From Candidatus Poribacteria bacterium (lineage in GTDB: Bacteria > Poribacteria > WGA-4E > WGA-3G), in the NCBI GenBank assembly GCA_963665235.2, contig CAXXLX010000001.1, forward strand, positions 1,664,001 to 1,728,000: a DNA stretch of 64,000 nt, written 5' to 3'. Position numbers and translations under genes: made by a program. This document shows, one piece after another, positions 43,226 through 53,325 of the stretch. Each line of letters starts with the position of its first letter. Position 1 is the stretch's first letter. Below the pieces are notes generated by a model. The model did not search any database. It saw only the letters and a program-made list of their open reading frames with translations, and was not told where the DNA came from.

Positions 43226-44155
43226 CTAACGATGGAATAGGTAAGCGAATAGGCACACACCCGTTATTGCCCCGAATCCGATTTTGACAAGTGGGGGTAA
43301 ACTTGAGGGAGATATAAACCCTTCAATAAGTCCTGCAATGATGAGCAGGACGACACACCCACCGATGAGTTGGATAGCGGTTTTGGCGGCATCTGTCAAC
43401 GCACGTTTTCGGGTGAACGGTGTCGGCGCAATGAGAGAATACCCCATTTTTAACCCCGCACCCCCCGCTATAAAAATGGTTGTCAATTCTATATAACCGT
43501 GCGGCGAGACGAAGGACCAGAGAGGTAGGGCTGCCCCATAAACATGACATAATCCCGCAACCGCGCCTATTAGAACACCGTTGAAAACTAAAATATACAC
43601 GGTGCCTACCATGAACAGGATACCCCCAGCAAACGCCAAAAAAGCCACCCGGATGTTATTTGTCATGACGAAAGAGGCAAACAGATTTCTGGATTCGGCA
43701 GGCGTAGCGTTCCACGGGTCTTCACCCAACTCCCGGATATGGGTGACGGTCCCTTCCGAAACGATTTGTTCGGCAGCACTGGGGATTGTTAAAGCGAACC
43801 AATACGCTCCGCCAAACGCGATGCCGAATAGTAAGAACGCAATAGCAATAACATTGAGGTTACGACGAAACAGCATCGGAAACCCGGATTTGAAAAAGAG
43901 ACGGACTGTCCCACGTTTTAGCGGAGAGGTTTGGTAAACCCTTGCATGCGCGCGAGCGGCAAGCTCGTTTAAGTATAAAACACACCGGTCGTTTGGAAAA
44001 TCGCGACGGGCGACCGCTAAATCGGAGGTGACGCGTCGATATAAATACCCTAATCGGCTGAGTGTCACGGAATTTGCCTGCCGCGAATGGGCTAAGAGCC
44101 CCTCAAGCTCGGACCAGGTTGGCTTCTTTTTCGCAATAAATTCTGCTGAATTCAT
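43226..44155 (-). CDS. Stage II sporulation protein M family membrane protein
   Basis: 'YRRVTSDLA', 'NNIRVAF', 'PHGYIEL', 'AGLIEGFISP'. Confidence 0.88.
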   Translation of the reverse strand: MNSAEFIAKKKPTWSELEGLLAHSRQANSVTLSRLGYLYRRVTSDLAVARRDFPNDRCVLYLNELAARAHARVYQTSPLKRGTVRLFFKSGFPMLFRRNLNVIAIAFLLFGIAFGGAYWFALTIPSAAEQIVSEGTVTHIRELGEDPWNATPAESRNLFASFVMTNNIRVAFLAFAGGILFMVGTVYILVFNGVLIGAVAGLCHVYGAALPLWSFVSPHGYIELTTIFIAGGAGLKMGYSLIAPTPFTRKRALTDAAKTAIQLIGGCVVLLIIAGLIEGFISPSSLPPLVKIGFGAITGVCLFAYLFHR

Positions 44156-44215
44156 AGATTAATCCGTTTTTGCAAAAATTACACAATGTAGCGCGAGCAA
44201 AACTCGCTCCTATCG

Positions 44216-45730
44216 TTAAGCTCCCGCGGTGCGTGGCATCCGCAGCGGCTCTTTGCCCATCTCTGCAAACAGCAACTTCATCACCAATTCCGCCTTCAGC
44301 GCAGCATGCTCCGGAGAGTTCCAAAGGTTATTGACCTCCCCCGCATCCGTTTTCAGGTCAAACAATTCGCCATACTCCCGGTTGTAGTAGACAGTGAGTT
44401 TATACCGGTCATCGACGTAGGTTTTGACGTGAACGGTTGTAGGCTCATGGCGGTTTTCAACGATAATGTGGTCACGGGCTAGTGCTTCTTGGTTTCCGGA
44501 CCAAACCGGTGTCTGGTCGATGCCGGTCATCGGCCGTGGAATATCAATCCCGGACGCACTGAGAAACGAAGGTGCGAGGTCGACGAGACTTTGCAACGCT
44601 TCCGATTGCGCTCCCGCAGGCACAACGTCCGGATAGCGAACGATGAACGGCACCCGAATTACGTCTTCGTAGTGGAACGCGCCCTTCGCAATGAGCCCGT
44701 GCTGTCCATAAAAATGCCCATGGTCGGAGGTGAAGACAACCAAGGTGTTATCAGCAAGCCCAAGTTCGTCAAGTTTGCCCAGGATGCGTCCGATGTATTT
44801 GTCCATCAAGCTTACCATGCCGTAATAGACTGCGATGTCTTTCGCAAGCGCATCGCGGTTTCGTAAATGCGATCTGAATCCATGTACACCCTTTCCAGTT
44901 TCACGCCATTCAGAGAAATCCGGTTTTTGCTGTTGCGTCAGTTGAAAGTGCGGCGGATTGTTTTCATGTTCGCCTTCGGTCACAGCTGGGACCGTCAAGG
45001 TTGCTGGGTCGTACATCGTATCCCACGGTTCTGGCACAAGATATTTCGGGTGCGGGTCGAAAAAGCTTGCCCAGAGGAAAAAGTTCTCGCCGTTCTGTTG
45101 ATATTCTGTCATAAGCGCGTTGGTTCGCTCAGCAATCCATGTATCATAATGATAAGCCTCCGGAATCGGCCATGTGTGATATTGCCCTCTGGCATTCCCT
45201 GTAGGCGGGGCAAAATAGTCACGCCAATTTTCAAGTCCGTTTTCCTCCATCCAGATAGCGTAATGTTGCCCGACGTGTGCTTCATCAGCGTGGTTTCGTG
45301 CCAACTCAACATGCTCAAATCCGTAAAACGGTTCACTGAAGTTCCGCCAGAAATCTAAGTCTTGTAGGATTGGATAGGATTCTAGGGATGGGAACTCATC
45401 GGTTCCGTGCAAGGGTTGAAAGTGCGCTTTTCCGACAAGTGCGGTGCGGTAGCCTGCCGCTGTGAAATCTTCACCGACAGTGTGCTCATCCTCGGACAGT
45501 TTCGTGCCAAGAGACCAGGCACCGTGCTGACTCGGATATTTTCCAGTGATGATAGAGGCGCGGGTCGGCGTGCAAGTCGGGTTAGGGCAGTAGGCTCTAT
45601 GGAAAAGTGTGCCGCCCTGTGCTAAAGCATCCAAGTGAGGTGTCTGAATTTCGGGGTTGAGGCACCCCAAGGTATTCCAATGTTGTTGGTCGCTTGTGAT
45701 AAGCAAAATATTCGGTCTCGTTTTATCCAT
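44216..45730 (-). CDS. Sulfatase (Cys-type)
   Basis: 'PNILLITSDQ', CxPxR 'CTPTRAS', 'GKAH', 'TSDHG'. Confidence 0.93.
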   Translation of the reverse strand: MDKTRPNILLITSDQQHWNTLGCLNPEIQTPHLDALAQGGTLFHRAYCPNPTCTPTRASIITGKYPSQHGAWSLGTKLSEDEHTVGEDFTAAGYRTALVGKAHFQPLHGTDEFPSLESYPILQDLDFWRNFSEPFYGFEHVELARNHADEAHVGQHYAIWMEENGLENWRDYFAPPTGNARGQYHTWPIPEAYHYDTWIAERTNALMTEYQQNGENFFLWASFFDPHPKYLVPEPWDTMYDPATLTVPAVTEGEHENNPPHFQLTQQQKPDFSEWRETGKGVHGFRSHLRNRDALAKDIAVYYGMVSLMDKYIGRILGKLDELGLADNTLVVFTSDHGHFYGQHGLIAKGAFHYEDVIRVPFIVRYPDVVPAGAQSEALQSLVDLAPSFLSASGIDIPRPMTGIDQTPVWSGNQEALARDHIIVENRHEPTTVHVKTYVDDRYKLTVYYNREYGELFDLKTDAGEVNNLWNSPEHAALKAELVMKLLFAEMGKEPLRMPRTAGA

Positions 45731-45768
45731 GGGCTATTCCTTTGTTAGGGCACAACGGTGTGTGCCTA

Positions 45769-47037
45769 CTACTTTTTTCGCAAAATCAGTAAAAATTCAG
45801 ATTTCATTCCATCCGGATTTTTGTTTTTCCGTGCGCCAAATAACTGCCTCGTTTTTATCCGATCTTCATAGACCTTTTCAAATACGAATCCCCGTTCGGT
45901 AAAATACTCCATCAATATCCGCCAGATTTCAACCGTTATGCCGTCAATTAGCGGGTTTCCAACGAAGATAGCGGCAGTCGCGTTTGGTTTCAGGCAACTC
46001 ATAGAATTTTCAAGCGCGTTCAGGGTATGGCAAAAATATGAATCCAATAGGTTAATCAGGTTATTCCGGGTGAGTGCTGCTCTTATTTCGTCCAGCGTTT
46101 TCGTCTGAATGACCCTATCCGCCTTGCGATAAGGGATTTCAAGTCGCGCTAATTTTTGGATTTCTGTTTCCGCATAACCTAACCAAAACAGCTCCATTTT
46201 GGTGGTGCGGATATATTCCTGCGCTTGAAGATAAGGCGGTGATGTAATCAAAGCGTCACATTCACGCGTAACGGGATAGTACGATGAATCAATGCCGCCT
46301 GTGGCTTCAACCCGATTCTGGTGCTGACAGGTTGCCATTACAAAGTCGTTGAGGTTCCGCAAGGTTTTCAGGGATAGCTTGTAAACCTCCGCCCTTAATG
46401 TCTCTTGCCAATCTGTCCTTAGTAGGTCCTCAATATAACGCAACTTCCGTTTCGACCTGAACAATTTGGGGGTTCGATGTTCTGCATAAGAGAAGTGTTT
46501 GCTCACCTTCAGTAAAGCCGATTCGATAATCTGTGAATAGGGTGTCTGTTCACAGGTTTTGATGAAACCCCAATATTTCGAGAGCGTCTTCAGCATTTCT
46601 GGCGGATACCAATAGGTTAAATTTGACCATTCGGGTGTAAACCGGTGTGAGGTTTGCTCGAGACGTTGTAGTATTTGACATAAATACGCCTCATTCAATC
46701 GTTCCTTGCCAAGATAGATTTTTAGGGGAATGATGTGATTCAAGAGCGGATTCAGGTCAAGGAGTACAGCGTTTCGTTTGCACAAATATGCCTCTAACCC
46801 CACCGTTCCAGAACCAGCAAACGGGTCTATAACCCAATCCCCCTCCTTTGTAAAAGCGTCAATAGCATATCGGACAACGTGCGGTATAAATTTTGCGGGA
46901 TAGTAGAAAATAGCGTGCGTCAGATAACCCGTATCCGTGATTTCAGGGACCAATTCGCGGAAGGAAATTAATTCCTGCCCCGGCGAGGTCTCTATAGGAA
47001 CGTGCTCCTCTGGGAAAAACGTTAATTGTTGTTTCAT
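45769..47037 (-). CDS. DNA methyltransferase (N4-cytosine/N6 type)
   Basis: 'YPAKFIP', 'DPFAGSGT', 'TSPPY'. Confidence 0.85.
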   Translation of the reverse strand: MKQQLTFFPEEHVPIETSPGQELISFRELVPEITDTGYLTHAIFYYPAKFIPHVVRYAIDAFTKEGDWVIDPFAGSGTVGLEAYLCKRNAVLLDLNPLLNHIIPLKIYLGKERLNEAYLCQILQRLEQTSHRFTPEWSNLTYWYPPEMLKTLSKYWGFIKTCEQTPYSQIIESALLKVSKHFSYAEHRTPKLFRSKRKLRYIEDLLRTDWQETLRAEVYKLSLKTLRNLNDFVMATCQHQNRVEATGGIDSSYYPVTRECDALITSPPYLQAQEYIRTTKMELFWLGYAETEIQKLARLEIPYRKADRVIQTKTLDEIRAALTRNNLINLLDSYFCHTLNALENSMSCLKPNATAAIFVGNPLIDGITVEIWRILMEYFTERGFVFEKVYEDRIKTRQLFGARKNKNPDGMKSEFLLILRKK

Positions 47038-48344
47038 GCGCTTTTATTTAAACAGCACTGCTTATATTTCCGGCCACTTCCACATGGGCAGGGAGCGTTT
47101 CGTCCAATCTTCCGTGATGAGGTGATGGCGGGCTGCGTTCCCAAACTACTGCGTTTCGGCGTTGTTTGTCGGCGTTCCCGCATTATCGGCATAATGCTAT
47201 TGGCGGGTCTCCCCGCTTGTATAGCCGAAGCCATCAGTTTCATCGGTTCATCGATATGTGTGAAAAAACGTTTATAACCAGCACAGAGGTAGTTCAAACC
47301 GTCCTCGCCTGATGGGGTTTTGATAATACGGTTTTTCGGACATCCCCCATTGCAAACGAACTTCACGTCACAATCACGACAGTACTGGGGAAGTGTATCC
47401 CGCTTATCCGTGCCAAATTTACGTTGGAAGGGTGAATCCACCAGCTCCGCAAGCGACGTTTCCTCAATATTGCCGATGTAGTAGTCAGGTGTCACGAAAT
47501 GGTCACAGGAATAGAGGTCACCGTTATGTTCAATTGCCATTGCATCGCCACAGGTTTCATTAAAAACACACAAACTCGGCATATACCCTAGCCAGGCCTC
47601 AAGGGCAACATCAAATATCTGGACAAAGATTTTTCCGATGTCGTTGACTACCCATTCATCGAAAATGGTGGTGAGGAATTCGCCGTACTGCTTTGCCGTG
47701 ACGGAGCGCGGGGATACGTTTTTACCATCGAAGTGCTCAACTGCTGGAATGAACTGCATAAACTCTACGCCAAGCCCCTTGAAATAGGTATACACCTCGT
47801 TCGGGTATTCCGCATTGTGGTTGTTGACAACGCAGAGCACATTGTAGTCAACGTTGTGCTGTTGTAAAACCCGCAACCCACGGATTACCTGTTCAGACGA
47901 TGAACGCCCGCGTTTGTCGTACCGGTACTTATCGTGAATCTCTGGGGGACCGTCAATACTTATGCCGACTAAAAACTTGTTCTGCTTTAAAAATCGACCC
48001 CATTCCTCGTCTAGGAGCGTGGCATTGGTTTGAAACGTATTCTGGATTGTCATGCCGGTCCGTCTATATTTCTGTTGATATCGGACCGCCTGCCGGAAAA
48101 AATCGACTCCCATCAACGTCGGCTCACCGCCTTGCCATGCGAACGTCACTTCGTTAATCTGCTGTGCCTCAATGTACTGCTTGACATAGTTCTCCAAAAT
48201 CTCGTCTGTCATTCGGAACGAGCCGGTGTCGGGATAGAGCTTCTCTTTTTCCAGATAAAAGCAGTATTCACAATCTAAGTTGCAGATAGGCCCGATGGGC
48301 TTCGTCATTACATGAAAAGCGCGAAGGGGTTTATGTTCAACCAT
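47034..48344 (-). CDS. Anaerobic sulfatase maturase (radical SAM/SPASM) with SEC-C tail
   Basis: 'CNLDCEYC', 'WQGGEP', SPASM cysteines, 'GRNAPCPCGSGRKYKQCC'. Confidence 0.93.
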   Translation of the reverse strand: MVEHKPLRAFHVMTKPIGPICNLDCEYCFYLEKEKLYPDTGSFRMTDEILENYVKQYIEAQQINEVTFAWQGGEPTLMGVDFFRQAVRYQQKYRRTGMTIQNTFQTNATLLDEEWGRFLKQNKFLVGISIDGPPEIHDKYRYDKRGRSSSEQVIRGLRVLQQHNVDYNVLCVVNNHNAEYPNEVYTYFKGLGVEFMQFIPAVEHFDGKNVSPRSVTAKQYGEFLTTIFDEWVVNDIGKIFVQIFDVALEAWLGYMPSLCVFNETCGDAMAIEHNGDLYSCDHFVTPDYYIGNIEETSLAELVDSPFQRKFGTDKRDTLPQYCRDCDVKFVCNGGCPKNRIIKTPSGEDGLNYLCAGYKRFFTHIDEPMKLMASAIQAGRPANSIMPIMRERRQTTPKRSSLGTQPAITSSRKIGRNAPCPCGSGRKYKQCCLNKSA

Positions 48345-48481
48345 CTGATTTTCCTCTTTCGGGTAGTTTTATCGGGTTTTTTTCTTGTTCAACCCGACGG
48401 ACAGTGTATAGGGTTCCAAACGTGTGTTAAAGTTTAGCATATTTCGTTTAAATCTACAAGGAAAAAACGTTAAAACAGACA

Positions 48482-49954
48482 CTATTCTATTTCATCAAAC
48501 GCTATAATCTTTTTTATTTTCCCCGGTTGTGCCCAATTGCACCTTCCTGCCCCATTCAGTTGATGCAGCAACGCCAAAATTTCCGGATTTTCAAGGGCGG
48601 TCTTAATCCTTTGTGCTTCCGCTTCCTGCCAGCACGGAATAAATGCATGCATCGCCTGATTGCCCTGCCAAACTTGTCCATCTACATCCCTTACCACAAT
48701 CGGATTAAATTGATCTTTTCCATACGCCTCCCACATTACCTTGAAAGGCGCAAACGCATAGGGACCAACGCCGAGCAGTGCCCACCAACACCCTCTATTC
48801 ATAGCTGCCCGAAGCAGTGCACCTCTCCGCGCTTGCAGTGTACCCCGGACATTTTGAAGGTAATCTCTTAGCGTATCGGACTGTTCAATTTGATTCCATG
48901 TGAGCGGTTTCCCTGTCTCCCGATGATACGGCAGCAGAATCCATCTGTGCGGCGCGGATATAGAATCTTGCCACAGCTCCTTTGTTGCAAGCGGATACAG
49001 AAACATTTCCGGGAGATGCGAAGGTTTGTGGTCAAAAATAAAAACGTCATTTGCACCACATGTATTGATACCCTGTCGGGGTTTCTGTTCAGGAGTCAAG
49101 CGAACTTCAAGCGTCTCGCCAACGTTGCATTCATCAAGATTTTGGACCACCCGCCACGGGTCGGCACGGTTTTTGAGCGGTAACGCCTGATGTTCAATCC
49201 ATTCTCTGTCTATCTCCCTGAAATATGTAATTGGGAACGTCTGAGGCGTATCCCCTCGAAATCTCGCACAACAGTAGGCGGTGTTGACCTCTTCAAAGAC
49301 TTTGGTTGATATAAATTCATACACGGTATCCACAGCGAAATTCCGGTGATTGGCACTATAATTTCTAAATCCGCTATGGGCACCATCGCCAAAAAAGAGA
49401 GAGGTCGGGAGGTAGAAACAACCCACGCCGTCCTGTTTGAGCAACCTTCCCAAAGCAATCTTCAGCACAAGTGCCGCAATGTCAATACGGGAAGCCCCTA
49501 ACAGTAGCTTCTGTGTATCTGGTCCAAGGCCCTCCTGTAGAAAGTAAGGTTTTAAGCGTGTTTTGTAAGTCGGGGGGAGGTCTCCGAAGTTCGCCCACGG
49601 TGGATTTCCAACGAGCACATCATATTGTCCCGCATGAGATTCCGTAATCACATCCTGGCAAAAGAGCTGTGCTGCAGGAAAATCAATCCCAAATTCCCGG
49701 TTGACGTTCTCTTTGAACTGTTCGAGATGTGCGGGCACTATTTCAATAAGCGTCAAGCGTGATAGCCGTTCGGCGGTAATGGGAACTCCGTTGCGTCGTG
49801 CAATATGGAGCAGTGCTAGTGGGAACACGCCTTGTCCGGCGGTAGGGTCACAAATATGCGCGCCTTCACACCATGCATCGAAGATGTTCCATCTATTGAT
49901 GAGCCATTCCGCCCATTTTAGCGGGGTAAAAATTTGTCCAATCTGTTTTTTCAT
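48482..49954 (-). CDS. N6-adenine DNA methyltransferase (TaqI/Eco57I-like architecture)
   Basis: 'GQIFTP', 'DPTAGQGVF', 'GNPPW'. Confidence 0.82.
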   Translation of the reverse strand: MKKQIGQIFTPLKWAEWLINRWNIFDAWCEGAHICDPTAGQGVFPLALLHIARRNGVPITAERLSRLTLIEIVPAHLEQFKENVNREFGIDFPAAQLFCQDVITESHAGQYDVLVGNPPWANFGDLPPTYKTRLKPYFLQEGLGPDTQKLLLGASRIDIAALVLKIALGRLLKQDGVGCFYLPTSLFFGDGAHSGFRNYSANHRNFAVDTVYEFISTKVFEEVNTAYCCARFRGDTPQTFPITYFREIDREWIEHQALPLKNRADPWRVVQNLDECNVGETLEVRLTPEQKPRQGINTCGANDVFIFDHKPSHLPEMFLYPLATKELWQDSISAPHRWILLPYHRETGKPLTWNQIEQSDTLRDYLQNVRGTLQARRGALLRAAMNRGCWWALLGVGPYAFAPFKVMWEAYGKDQFNPIVVRDVDGQVWQGNQAMHAFIPCWQEAEAQRIKTALENPEILALLHQLNGAGRCNWAQPGKIKKIIAFDEIE

Positions 49955-50234
49955 CTTATTATTAAGGATACCTGCTATTTTGGATTTTTGCAAGCGAATT
50001 TTATAATTTGACAATAGGTTGGAAAGCCGTTATAATTATACTGTGGTTATGTGTGAAACTTCCCGAGCCACCTGTCGATAAAGTGCTCAGAGAATGCAGT
50101 TCTCGGTATCACAACGCGCGGGGGCATCTCAGATTTCCAATTGCAGGATAAAGAATTGCGGAATATATTAATCTGAGCTTAAGTTGTTCCTTCGGTACCT
50201 GCCTCTGAGCAAGGTACCTCGGATAGAGGCAATT

Positions 50235-51677
50235 ATGCGTATAGAATTAATTCAACAGAAGGTCCCAATTGGGAGTCAAGTCACATTTACGCTGAAGACA
50301 GGCGAGAAATTTTCCGGCTCGCTTGCTGAGCTTGGAAGAGATTACATTGCGCTAGGCACCTCGGATGGCCAAGAAATTTTGGATGCTGACGCGATAGAGG
50401 GAATTCATCTAGAAAATCAGATGGAGGTGCCTGTGCCAGCGGACTCTAATTCAGTTCGTGTTTCAGATGAATTTGAGAAAATTAAAAACCCTTATGCTGC
50501 TTATGCTGGGGGGGGAATTGTCGGCGACCCGGACATGTTCTTTGGGCGTGACGAACTAATCCAAAATATTGCACAGGCTATCCAAACATCCCACTTACAG
50601 AGCAAATGTGTCTTGGTATTTGGGCAAAAGCGATCCGGCAAGTCTTCGGTTTTGTATCACCTAAAGGCATTACTTCAAAAAGACAAGAATCTGCTCATTC
50701 TTAATTTGGATAATATTGCTTCTATTAAGGGGGAGCATACCCGAATACCGCTCATGTACCAGATTCTCCGAAGTATTTTAACAGAGCTGGAATATGAAAT
50801 TGAGGACCGAGTAGAGGAAGGTTTCACTCCATTGGAATTTTCTATTCCTAGTGATGATGAATTTTATAACCATCCCAATCCTCTACAATGTTTTGGAGAT
50901 ACATTTAAGCGATTAAAACGCTTAGTTTCTAAACAAGAAGATTGGCGAGGGACCCGGGTTGTGCTCCTAATAGATGAATTCCAATACATCTACGATGGAA
51001 TCGTTGCTAACGAGATTCCTGAATCGTTCATGCAGAACTGGAAGGCTTTGTTGCAAGCTAACTATTTCAGTGCTGTCTTGGTAGGGCAGGATGTGATGCA
51101 AAAATTTAAAGAGCGTTTTCCTAACGAGTTTGGCACAACACAGGATGAGCGTGTCACCTACCTCAGCGAACTAGAAGCAATCAAACTCATTGAAGATCCT
51201 ATCCGTATTGGTAGGGGGCAAGGTGAAAGCCGTTATCGAGAGCAGTCAATTCGGAGGATTTTAGATCTCACGGCAGGCAGCCCTTTCTACATTCAAATCC
51301 TATGCAACCGTCTGGTTGGATACATGAATCGCAAGCATGCTGGGTTGGTGACAGAGGCGGATGTGGAACAAGTTCAAAACGATTTAATAGAAGGTCCGAA
51401 CGCTCTCGGTAAGGATAAGTTTGATAACCTCATCAACTCAGGAGATACATCCGAGGATGCTATATCAGATGATGATGCCTTGAAAGTTCTGAAAGTTATT
51501 GCAAGCAATAGTAGGACAGGCTCGTGTCATCGCGATAGCATTGTCTGTGAAACGAACTTGCCGATCCGTAAGATTCTAGACGATTTGGAAAAACGGGATG
51601 TTATTGAACGTAGACAAGGGCAATATTATCAAATTCAGGTTGGGCTTTTTAAAGAGTGGCTTATCGCTAACGGATAA
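50235..51677 (+). CDS. STAND-like P-loop ATPase with N-terminal Sm/Hfq-like fold and C-terminal wHTH
   Basis: 'NPY..G......FFGRDELI', Walker A 'GQKRSGKSS', Walker B 'LLIDEFQ', 'TAGSPFYIQ'. Confidence 0.8.
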   Translation: MRIELIQQKVPIGSQVTFTLKTGEKFSGSLAELGRDYIALGTSDGQEILDADAIEGIHLENQMEVPVPADSNSVRVSDEFEKIKNPYAAYAGGGIVGDPDMFFGRDELIQNIAQAIQTSHLQSKCVLVFGQKRSGKSSVLYHLKALLQKDKNLLILNLDNIASIKGEHTRIPLMYQILRSILTELEYEIEDRVEEGFTPLEFSIPSDDEFYNHPNPLQCFGDTFKRLKRLVSKQEDWRGTRVVLLIDEFQYIYDGIVANEIPESFMQNWKALLQANYFSAVLVGQDVMQKFKERFPNEFGTTQDERVTYLSELEAIKLIEDPIRIGRGQGESRYREQSIRRILDLTAGSPFYIQILCNRLVGYMNRKHAGLVTEADVEQVQNDLIEGPNALGKDKFDNLINSGDTSEDAISDDDALKVLKVIASNSRTGSCHRDSIVCETNLPIRKILDDLEKRDVIERRQGQYYQIQVGLFKEWLIANG

Positions 51678-51684
51678 CAAGATA

Positions 51685-52149
51685 ATGGATAAGTTTGAGA
51701 AAATTGAAAATGATTTATGGCCACTCTTGCGCGCCACAGAGAAAGCACTTCGCAACGTAATCACAACCACCATGACCAAGGCGTACGGAAATGATTGGAT
51801 AAAAAGTTTGGAGAAGGAACGTCCTAACCTGAAGAAAATTTTCGACGAGTGCCGGAACGCACAACAAAAAGAGGAGAAATCATTCGGAGAGAGAGCTTCA
51901 CAGAATCTGATTGATTTTACCTATCCCGCAGATCTGTTTGCGATTATTTGTGCAAAAGGGTTGTGGAATTCGCATTTTCATCAAATCTTTGGGCACAATC
52001 CCAATTATTGGGACCAACGCAAACAACTACTAGCGAAGTGTAGAAATCCCTTGCACCATCATCGTGATGTCCTTGAGTCCTATAAGCGTAGAACTGTTGA
52101 GGCATACTGTGAGGAAATTCTGACAATATTGGCTGACTATACGGAATAA
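51685..52149 (+). CDS. Swt1-like HEPN domain protein (putative RNase)
   Basis: 'E.ALRNVI......G..W', 'DFTYPADL..II...W...F', RxxxxH 'RNPLHH'. Confidence 0.75.
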   Translation: MDKFEKIENDLWPLLRATEKALRNVITTTMTKAYGNDWIKSLEKERPNLKKIFDECRNAQQKEEKSFGERASQNLIDFTYPADLFAIICAKGLWNSHFHQIFGHNPNYWDQRKQLLAKCRNPLHHHRDVLESYKRRTVEAYCEEILTILADYTE

Positions 52150-52192
52150 TAGAAAAGCAAAAAAACGATGGCAATTGATTAGGGGATGAATC

Positions 52193-52399
52193 ATGAGTGA
52201 AATCAAGTATCCATTTAAGCTGAGTATACTGCTACCTGAGGAAGGCGGTGGTTATCTAATTGAATTTCCCGACTTACCTGGGTGTATCTCTGATGGAGAA
52301 ACAATTGACGAAGCGATAACCAACGGAAAGGATGCCCTGTTCTGCTGGATAGAAACAGCGAAACAGTACGGAGACGAAATCCCGCAACCCAAATTATGA
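52193..52399 (+). CDS. hicB: HicB family antitoxin (short)
   Basis: 'EEGGGYLIEFPDLPGCISDGETIDEA...G.EIP.P'. Confidence 0.9.
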   Translation: MSEIKYPFKLSILLPEEGGGYLIEFPDLPGCISDGETIDEAITNGKDALFCWIETAKQYGDEIPQPKL

Positions 52400-53325
52400 C
52401 ACAAAAAACCGGCTTCATTTATCACATAGATTACCTTAATCACGACACCGGCCCGGGACACCCCGAACGGCCAGACCGGCTCCGCGCCAGCCTGGCAGCA
52501 CTCCAGCAAAGCGAGGTGTGGACACAACTCCACCACATAGAGCCGACACCCGCAACAATAGAACAAATTGCTTATGCACATAAACCCGGATATAGCGAAT
52601 ATATTAAGCAGTCCTGCGAGGCAGAAATTCCGCTCACTTACGACACACCTGTCGTGCAAGAATCGTTTGATATTGCCCTGCTTTCAACGGGTGGGGTGTT
52701 ACGCGCAGCAGAAGCGGTTGCAACAGGAAAAGTACGAAACGCATTCGCCCTGGTACGCCCGCCAGGGCACCACGCGACACCGGGTCAGAGCATGGGGTTT
52801 TGTCTGTTCAACAACATTGCCGTGACAGCCCGTTACCTTCAACGGGAACACGGAGTCGGAAAGGTCGCAATTGTGGATTGGGATGTACATCACGGCAACG
52901 GCACACAAGACATTTTCTACGAGGACAGCTCTGTCCTCTTTTTCTCTATCCATCAATCTCCGCTCTATCCGGGTACCGGTTCACGTTACGAACAAGGCAG
53001 CGGCGATGCACGCGGCACGACATTAAACGTCCCGATGCCAGCCGGAAGTGGTGATGATGAATATATAGGTGTTTTCACGAATACCCTCATCCCTGCCCTA
53101 CGAGAATTTTCACCGGAATTTCTACTGATTTCAGCAGGTTTTGATGCCCACTACCTCGACCCACTTGCAGGACTTGAAATCACCGCGGCCGGATTTTCCG
53201 CACTCACAGATATGCTCCTTGAGGTTGCCGAGGGGCGTGTTGTCTCAGCATTGGAAGGCGGTTACAGTTTGGAGGGCGTATCCGAGTCTGTTGTGGCACA
53301 TGTGAAACGTTTAGTGACGTTCTAA
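52396..53325 (+). CDS. Histone deacetylase family protein
   Basis: 'HPERPDRL', 'RPPGHHA', 'GFCLFNN', 'DWDVHHGNGTQ', 'LEGGY'. Confidence 0.93.
   Translation: MTQKTGFIYHIDYLNHDTGPGHPERPDRLRASLAALQQSEVWTQLHHIEPTPATIEQIAYAHKPGYSEYIKQSCEAEIPLTYDTPVVQESFDIALLSTGGVLRAAEAVATGKVRNAFALVRPPGHHATPGQSMGFCLFNNIAVTARYLQREHGVGKVAIVDWDVHHGNGTQDIFYEDSSVLFFSIHQSPLYPGTGSRYEQGSGDARGTTLNVPMPAGSGDDEYIGVFTNTLIPALREFSPEFLLISAGFDAHYLDPLAGLEITAAGFSALTDMLLEVAEGRVVSALEGGYSLEGVSESVVAHVKRLVTF

Noticed and set aside
37054-44155. MoxR-DUF58-DUF4350-DUF4129-SpoIIM cluster as a novel system
   Set aside because: Widely conserved, known gene neighbourhood
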